DNA of 46,467 nucleotides from Corallochytrium limacisporum Hawaii (taxonomy: Eukaryota > Protista > Pluriformea). The notes below the pieces were generated by a model, which saw only the letters and a program-made list of their open reading frames with translations, searched no databases and was not told the DNA's origin. The stretch is taken from assembly GCA_002811645.1 (NCBI GenBank), contig PDIP01000097.1, positions 3,419 through 49,885 on the forward strand. The letters run 5' to 3'. The position numbers and the translations under genes were made by a program. Within the stretch, counting starts at the first letter, position 1; each line of letters starts with the position of its first letter. This document shows, in pieces, positions 1 through 9,093 of the stretch.

Positions 1-437
1 GGAGGGGAGGGGGGGAACGATCGGTTGCGACGGATCTCTCGCTGTGGGGTGGGTCTCAGCGAAAGGGGACGGCGGGGGGGAGTTGTGCAAAGAGTCAAGT
101 CTGCGGGAGATTGGGGAAGATGACGCGTAATGGAATGGTGTTGTGGGCGATGTGCCTTGGGCACTGCAGAAACTACAGTTTGCGAGGTATTTTGGAAACA
201 CGGGCACGGTATACTGGTGCTTGATCACTGCGTGTGGATAAATACATATGTAGACATTGGGCGAGAGACTGAAAGGAAACATGAAATGAATATTGTGGAT
301 TCACGGTACAGTCACTTCCGAAAAGGTCCAGGCGATATGACGGAACCGTACGAAGACACACATTTCATGAATGCAAGCTGAATAAGGCGTTAGTGGTCAT
401 CGTTTTATGCATTACAATGCCGTCAGTTGCATCAGCC

Positions 438-3400
438 ATGGAGAAGACTGATAATATACCGCAGAACAAGGAAGTTGAGGTTCATGAGCCTCTGAGCTCA
501 GCTTCACCAATAGCTGGGCTGGAAGCAGGGTCAAGTGGCACCAGCATCAAACACGATACAGTCGAGCTAAAGGTGGATGTCAAGGATTCGGAGGCGGTGG
601 GCAATGGAAAGGACATTACGGTGAACCCGGGACCAGACCATCTTAAGCTTCAAAAGAACGTAAGTGTATTGAGCAACACAAGTTCCCAGGCACCCATTAC
701 CCCCATAGACTACGATGAAGATCCGTTTCGGTTGGACCGGTCGCTTTCGGCTAACACCGTTCCTCCGTTAAATGTGAAATATACCCAGGAAACAGCCTTG
801 CACTCGGCAACAAGAGTTGACTCCATAGACCGCGCCGGTACCGCAGCGGTCAAAGATACCACTGCCCAAGATTCCGCTGTGAAAGATTCCACTGTGAAAG
901 ATTCCACTGTCAAAGTGCCGCGAGAAGGCGACTCGAATGTCGCTGTCGCACCTGTCGGCCCAGTCGATGTTCCAGAGGCACGATCACCGAAACAAACACC
1001 GACTGAGCCTCCACCTACCTCGACCTCACCGCAGCTGTCGCCGAAGATGGATGCGTTCGATGCGACCATGCGAGCCCTTGGCGGATCCCCTCCGAAAGTT
1101 GCATCCTCGCCCCTCAGTCATCAGGCACCAGGTTACGACTTGGATACGGCAGCTCAGCGCGACGATCCGAGAGTCGCACAATTCATGGTTTGGCAGTACG
1201 AACGGCGCACTGTCTTCCGCAATACGTACAGCGAAGCCTACCTCTGGAGCAATGAGCCGCATTTCATGGACATTGAGGGAAATAGATACGAACGATTGGG
1301 AGACATCCCGGCACCTCAAGGGTTTCATTGGGAAGGACGTTGGCAGATTGTAGCCGGTGATCAGTATAAGGACACACTGCTGAGTGCCGTGTGCCAGAAT
1401 CTTCTCACTCCACGGGAGCAAGTCATTGAAAAGAGCGTGCGCCTTTCGCACCAATTCGATGACATGTCGGATGGAGGCGGTACTGACACCCCACCCAGCG
1501 CCACCAAGTCCGCGGGCAATAGTCCCAACCACACCCCCCCAAGGAGAAGCAGCAGTGGCTACATCCCTAGTCCTATAGACGAAAAGAAGTCGGTGGAGCG
1601 CGTAAAGAGCTTAAACAGCAAGGGTAGTGTCGAGGAGAAGAAGAAGATGGACAAACTCATTGTCGACGAGCAGGGCTATCAGTACACTTTTGGTGTGCAA
1701 GATGCACCAACGGCAGCCAAGTCAAACCAGTGGGTTGCCTCCAAGGGCAATTTCTATCTTCTCCGACGACGTCTTTGGTGCAAAATGGTGGTCTGTCTGG
1801 ACGATCCTGCGAAGATGAATCCTTTCGTTCCCCGCAAGGGAACTGTCAGTAGCACCGAGAATGAGTCAGATTCAGAAAAACCTTCTTCAAAGCCATTCGA
1901 AGAGCCAGAAGAAGCGCCTTCACAGCCGTCGAACATTAGGCTTCCCCAGGCTGTGGAGTCCTTTTCAAAGCCAAGCGTAGCCAATCGTGCGGATAGCGTC
2001 CTGGCCAAGGAGGAGGATGATTTTCATGACCCGGTCAGTCAGAGTGATAGCGCAACTAGTGTCAATGCGGTTCAGAACCTACAGAGAGAGGCTTCTGGCG
2101 CAAGCGAAATGACCTTGACTCAGGCAAACGCGCACGAATTATCCGAGCGGGTGGCAAACATCGCAATGGAGGAATTGTCGAGCAAGAGTGTACCTAACAT
2201 GGCTCCGCCAGTGGATGTGCAGTCTGTCGGTGCAGAGATGGACGAGCAGAAAGACGAGGAAAACAGACCTAGCCAGCAAAAGGACGAGGCAAACAGATTG
2301 ACACCGACCGCGCAAAGGGCAGCCTATGGTGCTGTGGACACTGCAGCTTCATCCACTCCTTTTGGTCGTGCACGATCCGGTTCCACATCGACGGAGGAGG
2401 GCTCGCGTCCGGACATCGAGGAGCCGACACGTCCCACATCGCAAAAGAAACGAGGCAGCCTGATGAGCATGACAGGTTGGTTGAGGAAGACCAGCCGCGG
2501 TTCTAGCCCTGATAAGAAAGTATCTAAGACTCGAAAATCTTTGAAGAGCTATGCATCCTCCCAACTTGAGGTCACGCTTGAGGTCGAGGGTGAGGAAGGT
2601 GCTGGCGAAAACCGTTCCAATGCCGTTGAAAAGACTGCACCGGTCCGCAAGTTTGACATTCCCGAGAACGCCACAGAGGGCACTTTTGAAGTCTTTGAAA
2701 ACCAACGCTGGTTCTGGTCATCGTATTCTGCTCGCAATCTTCTGCCCATCGACAACGCGCCATATAGTTTGCGCTGGTCCGGCATGGGGCAGGAATCTTT
2801 GAACGACGTTCCTTTGCCTAATGAGGACTGGGAATGGGTCGATGACGACTGGCAGCTTGCGGAGGAGCCCGGAATAATGAAGCCGACCACGGCGGCGAAA
2901 AATAGCACCACGGCCCCTGCTAGTGAGGACGGTACCAGCACCAACAGCGGAGACGAAAGCAATGCGAGTGCTGGCGAACAACCTACGGCAACGTCCTCTT
3001 CCTCGGGGAAGGAAGGATTGGGTCAAGAACGCTGGTGGTTCAGCTTTAGCTTCCAGTACGGCAAATGGTACGCAACCCCGGGGCCGAATATGTGGGTGCG
3101 CCGCAGGCTGTGGAAGCGCCGACTACGTGTGAAAGAGTCTTGCCGCGAGACTGCAACGCGACGCAGCTCATCGCGTCCCGGAACGGCCCGGCCATCGCTG
3201 ACTACCGAGAATCATCCGCAGCTGGTCAAGGCCCTGAACTGGGTTTCGAGTCATGTGCACACGTTTGCGGTGTACTTGCTTCTACTCTTTGTCATGTTAC
3301 ATGTCTATTGGTATGCGGATGTGCTTTGGACATCTAAGCACTTCATCCTTGGACAATACGGTACGGTTGATCCACTGCGATACGCACATTGGGAGGCAAA

Positions 3401-3518
3401 AAGAGACGACTGGGACCCGGACAGCCAACCCGCCGGTTTACACGAGCACGAGATGCGCCTCCTCTTTCGCTACATTCGTCAGATGGCAGAACAGAGGCAG
3501 CACGGCGGTGATTTGTAA
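438..3518 (+). CDS. Dysferlin (DysF)-domain membrane protein: two DysF domains in disordered sequence plus a C-terminal TM helix
   Basis: DysF motifs VWQYERR...PAPQGFHWEGRWQI...VDEQGYQY...RRRLW and FEVFENQRW...PLPNEDWEWVDDDWQL...WVRRRLWKRR. Hydrophobic segment FAVYLLLLFVMLHVYWYA. Start placed at gccATGg (438); an in-frame ATG at 417 is an alternative, and the track start at 393 is GTG. Confidence 0.8.
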   Translation: MEKTDNIPQNKEVEVHEPLSSASPIAGLEAGSSGTSIKHDTVELKVDVKDSEAVGNGKDITVNPGPDHLKLQKNVSVLSNTSSQAPITPIDYDEDPFRLDRSLSANTVPPLNVKYTQETALHSATRVDSIDRAGTAAVKDTTAQDSAVKDSTVKDSTVKVPREGDSNVAVAPVGPVDVPEARSPKQTPTEPPPTSTSPQLSPKMDAFDATMRALGGSPPKVASSPLSHQAPGYDLDTAAQRDDPRVAQFMVWQYERRTVFRNTYSEAYLWSNEPHFMDIEGNRYERLGDIPAPQGFHWEGRWQIVAGDQYKDTLLSAVCQNLLTPREQVIEKSVRLSHQFDDMSDGGGTDTPPSATKSAGNSPNHTPPRRSSSGYIPSPIDEKKSVERVKSLNSKGSVEEKKKMDKLIVDEQGYQYTFGVQDAPTAAKSNQWVASKGNFYLLRRRLWCKMVVCLDDPAKMNPFVPRKGTVSSTENESDSEKPSSKPFEEPEEAPSQPSNIRLPQAVESFSKPSVANRADSVLAKEEDDFHDPVSQSDSATSVNAVQNLQREASGASEMTLTQANAHELSERVANIAMEELSSKSVPNMAPPVDVQSVGAEMDEQKDEENRPSQQKDEANRLTPTAQRAAYGAVDTAASSTPFGRARSGSTSTEEGSRPDIEEPTRPTSQKKRGSLMSMTGWLRKTSRGSSPDKKVSKTRKSLKSYASSQLEVTLEVEGEEGAGENRSNAVEKTAPVRKFDIPENATEGTFEVFENQRWFWSSYSARNLLPIDNAPYSLRWSGMGQESLNDVPLPNEDWEWVDDDWQLAEEPGIMKPTTAAKNSTTAPASEDGTSTNSGDESNASAGEQPTATSSSSGKEGLGQERWWFSFSFQYGKWYATPGPNMWVRRRLWKRRLRVKESCRETATRRSSSRPGTARPSLTTENHPQLVKALNWVSSHVHTFAVYLLLLFVMLHVYWYADVLWTSKHFILGQYGTVDPLRYAHWEAKRDDWDPDSQPAGLHEHEMRLLFRYIRQMAEQRQHGGDL
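849..914 (+). repeat. Coding 15-bp tandem repeat (about 4.5 copies, VKDST-like)
   Basis: gtgaaagattccact-like units encoding VKDTT AQDSA VKDST VKDST VK. Confidence 0.85.
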
Positions 3519-3606
3519 TATAAGATGTCATAGGTGTATGTAATAGTTTTCATAGGCAACATAGTCAAGAGATTTCGGTTGTTTAATTTCTGTCTGTCGT
3601 TTGAAT

Positions 3607-5259
3607 CTAGACCTGGCGCAATTGGTTCTCTACATCGTACATCTTGGCTTTGAGGTTGCGCAACTCGCCGCGGATGTCGTTGACCTTGGCCGTGGTCTCC
3701 GCAAACTCAGCCAGGACGTCCAGTTCGCGGTCGTTGAATTCTTCAGCGACACCTTCTGGGGTGAGGGGCGGCATGGCAGTATCGCCGACTGCACCCACTC
3801 CACCCGCTCTGGCACGTCTACCGCCTTGGATCTCTAGGATACGGGTTTGGTGTCTCTTCTCGGCGGCTCTGACTATCCCTGCTAGCTCTGGAATGTCATC
3901 CACATCCACCGCACCTGCCAGTTTTACCATATTGCGTTCTGCATTCTTCAACGCCTTTCTTAGGCCTTGTACGTCTTGTCTGTGGCCCTCGTTCTCGGCC
4001 TTTCGACGTCGTTCGCTCTCCCCAAGGCGTGACTTGAGCTTCGCATTGCGTTCCTCAAGCGCGGAGATGCGACGGCCATAAATGTCCTCAACAGCCTCTT
4101 TCTGGGCCTCGTAAGCAGCCGCCTTCTCTTCTAGATTCACCAGCTGCTGCTGGTAGTGAGTCAGAAGATGCTGGCTTTCCTTTTTGGTACTGCGACGTAC
4201 CTCTGCAACTTTGGCAGTGGCCGCGCGTTCGATGCGCTTCTTGTGCTCCTGCAAATGCTTTAGGTTGGCCAGTTGCGCCATCAATGCGTCCTTCTCTTCC
4301 ATGAACCCTTGTTCGGTCTCGTGCAGGGCCTTACGCATTTTTAGCAGGTCACGGGTGGCCTGGTGTAGCAGCTGCTGTGCATTCTGCTGTCGTTTCGTGA
4401 CTCCCACGAGTTTGTCCTTGTCATTTAAGGCCCGCACACGCTCCTCTTCTTGGCGCAGGCGCCGATCCTCAGCCAGGGCTCGTTTCTGTTCTTCGAAGAG
4501 CCTGCGCTGCTCTTCGCTCTGTGCTTTGAGGGCGGTAACCTCCAGACGCAGACTCTCTATGCTCTCCTGACGTTGCGGTTCCTTCTCTACAGCGTAACCT
4601 CTCGCTCCGAGGTCTTGGCCAGGCACTGTGCGGTCGTGGCGCTTGAAAATTGGCTTATTCGGCTTCTGGAAATATGTAATCTCTCCTTGATTAGGGTTCG
4701 TGAGCGCCAAAAGCTCTGCAATCTTTTTCCGGTCTTCATACTCTTTGATGCGCAAACGGTCATTCTCTGAGTAAAGTAGGAGACAATGTTCCCGCTCTTC
4801 GTAGAGGTAAGTCTGCGCATCACTTAACGCTTTCTGTAATGAACGAATTTCATCACTCTTCCTTATGTTTTCCCATTCTAACTTGTGTAGGTAGGTCATG
4901 CTCTTGTGCACGCGTGATAGTTCGTACAGCATATCATTGCGTTGACTGTCCATGTGTTTGATCTTCTCACGATAGTAGCGCATCAGTTCGCGAGAAGGTC
5001 CCATGGCCGGAAGTTCGGGGATCTTGAATATGTCAGGGTCATCTAGCGCACCTTTTTTGCTGGCTACTGAATACCGAGTATCGTCAAGACCAGGGCCTAC
5101 TCCAGCTCCCATCTTCGACGTGGGTGAGAACGATCTTGCTCCATGCATGGCCACCGTCTTCCGGACGATCTTAGCTTCCCGTTGCTTCGGCCGTATGTCA
5201 CTGGTGTTACTGCTAATGTTCGTATCGCGCTCAGCTAGCGGCGCTGATGATGTGGGCAT
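3607..5259 (-). CDS. CCDC77: Coiled-coil domain-containing protein 77 (centriolar)
   Basis: PSRELMRYYREKI...LQKALSDAQTYLYEEREHCLLLYSENDRLRIKEYEDRKKIAELLAL...GEITYF closely matches the conserved N-terminal block of animal CCDC77 as recalled; long coiled coil follows. Confidence 0.9.
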   Translation of the reverse strand: MPTSSAPLAERDTNISSNTSDIRPKQREAKIVRKTVAMHGARSFSPTSKMGAGVGPGLDDTRYSVASKKGALDDPDIFKIPELPAMGPSRELMRYYREKIKHMDSQRNDMLYELSRVHKSMTYLHKLEWENIRKSDEIRSLQKALSDAQTYLYEEREHCLLLYSENDRLRIKEYEDRKKIAELLALTNPNQGEITYFQKPNKPIFKRHDRTVPGQDLGARGYAVEKEPQRQESIESLRLEVTALKAQSEEQRRLFEEQKRALAEDRRLRQEEERVRALNDKDKLVGVTKRQQNAQQLLHQATRDLLKMRKALHETEQGFMEEKDALMAQLANLKHLQEHKKRIERAATAKVAEVRRSTKKESQHLLTHYQQQLVNLEEKAAAYEAQKEAVEDIYGRRISALEERNAKLKSRLGESERRRKAENEGHRQDVQGLRKALKNAERNMVKLAGAVDVDDIPELAGIVRAAEKRHQTRILEIQGGRRARAGGVGAVGDTAMPPLTPEGVAEEFNDRELDVLAEFAETTAKVNDIRGELRNLKAKMYDVENQLRQV

Positions 5260-5539
5260 ATTTGCGGCTGTGTATATATGAGTTTGCTCTGTGGGAGGTT
5301 TGCGTCGGTTCCATTTACATCTTCAGTCCTTGTCACATTACAAATACTGATCATTCCCGTCAGATTACGAATTTTTGCATGGGTGTTGCGATTACGTTTG
5401 TTCTGAAATGCCGTTCTCTGTTAAATACGGTAGCAAGCTCTGCCCGACCGTGGACTCTTTCACCCTCCTTCAAAACTGAGACCCTCTCTCAGTCACCCAT
5501 ATCAATACCAAGGCAAGTACACCTCTCTACAGCTCCCGA

Positions 5540-5930
5540 ATGGGGCCGCGGGCAGCAAAGAGCAATAAAAAGCGCGCGCTTTTTCGGGCCTTCCCCCACC
5601 CATATCCCCCCTCCCGTAGCCAATGGCCCGGAGTATTTCACCAGCAAGGAGACCCACCCGCAATCCCCCTTCCTCCCGTAACGGGGAGCCTGGAGAGCGC
5701 ATAGGGCGAACCCGCCCGTTGGTCTCAGACCTTCCACGCAACCCGGAAATTCGGGGGCCTATTTATTACACAAAAAGTGCGAGTCCCGACAATCCCTCTG
5801 GGGAGGGGGGGGGCCCGGGGGATTTGGTATGGGAAAGGCGAAGAGTGGAGGGTCGGGACCCTACCGTTGCCCCCGGGGGGGGGGGTTGCGAGGCCTGCGA
5901 GTACTAGGATCGGGAGCTAGGGGCCTCCGG
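5540..5930. promoter_or_regulatory. Putative bidirectional promoter (CCDC77/B9D1) with C-tracts followed by G-tracts
   Basis: Lies between divergent starts; C-rich 5590-5680, G-tracts 5800-5885, including C5G11 at 5870-5885. Confidence 0.6.
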
Positions 5931-6261
5931 GGAGACACCTGCGGACATCTGCGTGACGGTGAGGGTGGCTTTTTGAGCTGGTGCCGAAATCAGTTGTGGC
6001 GGAGGGTGGTTTCTCTTGTCGGGAATGAACGAGGGTGGTTGCAGGAGAGCTTGTGTGAGTTGATCCATTGTAACCATGGTACTTGATACTCGACATATCT
6101 TCCGTCAAACGCCTGAACCATTATGCTTATGGTCAAGCCCCAGACCTCCATCAGATAGATTCATCGAATGATAACGCCAGCGGGTAGAGCAGGGGCTTCT
6201 GGACGAAACGATGTGAGCAGTTGGTGGTCTTCATAACGATAACCCTCGACAGAAGCTGAAC

Positions 6262-6804
6262 ATGACAAGCACGGCATCATTCTTCCGTGTGTCCGTTACG
6301 GGCCAACTGGAATGGATTGATATGCCAGAATATGACAACATCTATATCAAGCTTTAGATGAACTACGATCCCGATTGGGTAGTTGTCGCTGGGATAGAGG
6401 AAGGCATAACTCGGATTTGCCGTCGAAGCTACAGTGCGGATAAACTAAACTTCAATTATCCAATTGATCTGACTTTCAAAGCAGCAAATGCTTTCGGATG
6501 GCCACAGGTTGTGATAAGCGCTTACGGTCCGGACATTTTAGGCCGTGACGTTGTGCTGGGGTCCGCAAGCCAGAAAGGACCATCAGTCGTAGATGTACCT
6601 CTGTTTGTACCCCAAGCAAGTAGCAAGCTACAACAGCTCACATCATACCTTACCGGACACCGACCTGAACGTTTTTACTCAACCTTCAGTGCTATGAATC
6701 GCGGACGCGACGTGACCAAGGTGCGTTCACAGGGCCGGGCACGTCTTCGGATAAGCGTTGTGGCCAAAGATGCCAAGCGCTTCGGCTATGTGGGTGTCGA
6801 CTAA
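6262..6804 (+). pseudogene. B9D1: B9 domain-containing protein 1 (MKS transition-zone complex), disrupted by an in-frame TAG
   Basis: From ATG 6262: MTSTASFFRVSVTGQLEWIDMPEYDNIYIKL*MNYDPDWVVVAGIEEGIT...FNYPIDLTFKAANAFGWPQVVISAYGPD...PLFVP..SSKLQQLTS...RDVTKVRSQG. TAG at 6355-6357 (codon 32). B9D1 similarity on both sides of the stop. Confidence 0.85.
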
Positions 6805-7211
6805 AATCCACCGCTTTAGCTCCATGGACTTCATGTCCAATAAATGAACATCTCTTCCATTCTATGGTACAACTGTTGCGATGTATACACGTAAAACTAT
6901 CCAGTGCTTCTTATATCCAGGATGCGACTCGTTGCACCTCTTCGAACTTACCTTGCAATGTTGGCCAAGGGTTGCCTCCCTAGCCCCTTCGCCTCCCTCC
7001 GCGCTGTCACAAACCTCCCCCGCCCGGGGGGAGGGGCAGTGAAGGCAGCTGGCGCAAAGCCACAAGAAGGCGGTCTTCGAAGAATGCGAGGCATACCAAA
7101 GGTCTCTAAACGATCAAAGGTATGTAAGCAACATGGTCAACCAAGATGACAGTGTGGAACGAAAGAAATTTCTCTAGCGCATCTTGAGCGGTCCAATTTG
7201 CACTAGTAATC

Positions 7212-7880
7212 ATGACCGTCGCACGAGCGGCAGTCCAAAAGGTGGCCCTGCTGGCCTGCGGGTCGTTCAACCCGGTAACTAACGCCCACTTGCGTATGTT
7301 CGAAGTAGCCAGGGACCATTTGAACAAAACTGGACGGTACGAAGTGGTACAAGGTATCATATCTCCCACCAACGATGGCTATAAGAAACGCGGTTTGGTC
7401 ACGGGTCAGCATCGTGTGGCTATGGCCAATTTGGCTACGCAAAACAATGATTGGGTCAACGTGGATAGCTGGGAGGTGGATCAGCCCGAGTGGCAGACCA
7501 CGTTAAAAGTTCTGAGATATTTTACGGACAAATTTTCTGCACAGGGCGTACACGTTAAGTTTCTTTGCGGTGCTGACCTGATGGAGACGTTCAGCGTGCC
7601 AGACCTTTGGAAAGACGCGGACATTGAAGAGATTGTGCACCAACATGGTATGGTTATTGTTTCAAGGCCAGGTAGCGATCCTCGCAAGTACATTTATGAG
7701 CACGATATGTTGAGTAAATTTGAGTTCGATCTTGAGATAGTCGTGGAATGGATTCAGAACGACTTTAGCGCAACTAAGGTCCGACGGGCAGTCCGGCGAG
7801 GGGACAGCATTCGCTACATCGTGCCCGATCCAGTTATTGCCTACATCAAAGAGCATGGACTCTACCTGTCTACTCCCTGA
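7212..7880 (+). CDS. NMNAT: Nicotinamide/nicotinate mononucleotide adenylyltransferase
   Basis: LLACGSFNPVTNAHLRMFE, GIISP..DGYKK, LCGADL, W..ND.SATKVR. Confidence 0.97.
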   Translation: MTVARAAVQKVALLACGSFNPVTNAHLRMFEVARDHLNKTGRYEVVQGIISPTNDGYKKRGLVTGQHRVAMANLATQNNDWVNVDSWEVDQPEWQTTLKVLRYFTDKFSAQGVHVKFLCGADLMETFSVPDLWKDADIEEIVHQHGMVIVSRPGSDPRKYIYEHDMLSKFEFDLEIVVEWIQNDFSATKVRRAVRRGDSIRYIVPDPVIAYIKEHGLYLSTP

Positions 7881-7953
7881 GCTCCGTAAAGTTAGCAACA
7901 ACGTACTATATATACATGATATGATATCTAATGGGGTTTTCATATGCTTGTGA

Positions 7954-8490
7954 TCATCCACTGGCTTTTCCATCCGGTACTGGTAAGGAGTCATTCAACG
8001 GAGTCCGATTACTCATGCATTGTCCCAGCATGGCATGTACAAACTGCTCCGGATCTTTGCAATGAGGCCTCAAGGAATTGGTCGCATCCCGGAGAACGCA
8101 GCGGGTGCGCTGACTCTGGAATGGCAGGCTGGAGCACTGTCCCAAATTGCTCGCACGGATTTCTGAACAGGCCCTTGCGTAGCAGTCGTATTCCCGGGAT
8201 GGATAAGCGCATCGGTCAAAAGCATGTACTAATTCATGAACAACCGTCTCCTCCAGGTCCCGCCGGGACTGCAGATTGTCACAGCAAATCACGATCCTGC
8301 CTGACGGTGCATGATAGTAACCGTGGTTTGTTCCAGAGGTCGTGCCCAGACAGTTTCGACACGACAGGCCTCTGAACAATGCATGGCAGCCATTGTCACG
8401 GAAAGCCTTTACAAAGAATAGCAGTGTGTTAATCCTGGGGCTAGTTTTGCAGATGAGTGCCAGTTCTTCGTCGCACTCTTTCTGTTTCAT
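7954..8490 (-). CDS. ATP23: Mitochondrial inner-membrane metalloprotease ATP23
   Basis: LEETVVHELVHAFD (HExxH) and ACSEIRASNL motifs of peptidase family M76. Confidence 0.92.
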   Translation of the reverse strand: MKQKECDEELALICKTSPRINTLLFFVKAFRDNGCHALFRGLSCRNCLGTTSGTNHGYYHAPSGRIVICCDNLQSRRDLEETVVHELVHAFDRCAYPSREYDCYARACSEIRASNLGQCSSLPFQSQRTRCVLRDATNSLRPHCKDPEQFVHAMLGQCMSNRTPLNDSLPVPDGKASG

Positions 8491-8734
8491 CCTCCTGTTT
8501 TGACATCTCTACTCCCCATGGTCGACATAGCAATATAGAACATCAGCTGTTTTCAGATATGTAGAACCTGGTCTATGTTAGGTAGATTGCGAAGCTTCCC
8601 AAAAAATACGTTGCCTAGTGAGCCAGGGACGTGGCATCCAAGACGATTACTGCAACCCATGATTTGGCAGCCCGTGCTTATCCGGAGACGGACTAGGCGA
8701 CCAACCCGTCCTAATCTTCTTGGGTACCCAAGCC

Positions 8735-8860
8735 CGCTCCTCCTCCCCCCTACTCCCCCCCCCCGGGGGGGGGGGCGAAGGGGGAGGTGAGCGACTCTGT
8801 TAATAAAAGTCGCGGGCCCCTTGATGTGAAGCCAAATCTGGCGCGGGAGGTCTCCGGGAC
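8735..8860. promoter_or_regulatory. Putative bidirectional promoter (ATP23/GT64) centred on a C10G11 quasi-palindrome
   Basis: C10 at 8755-8764 directly followed by G11 at 8765-8775, with flanking ctccccc/gggggag arms. Confidence 0.6.
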
Positions 8861-9093
8861 CTTGGAAATCACAGACGGACCGGAAATGTAACAAAAGCAA
8901 CAGCAGCGCGCGGGTAGTCAGTAGATCATCTTCGGGTCTTCACTGATGTCCTGCCATGTGATGTACTACTGGTATTTTAAATAGATCACCTCTAGTTGAC
9001 TGACGTGAGTCCACAGCGATAGAGAGGCCGGAGACAGTTCTGTTGGACGAGAATAGGAGAAGACCAGCCAGTTCAATATGAAAAGCATCAGTG

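Noticed and set aside
6355-6357. Genome-wide TAG reassignment
   Set aside because: TAG ends CCDC77 and DUSP12 at plausible C-termini, and the other long genes have no internal TAG.
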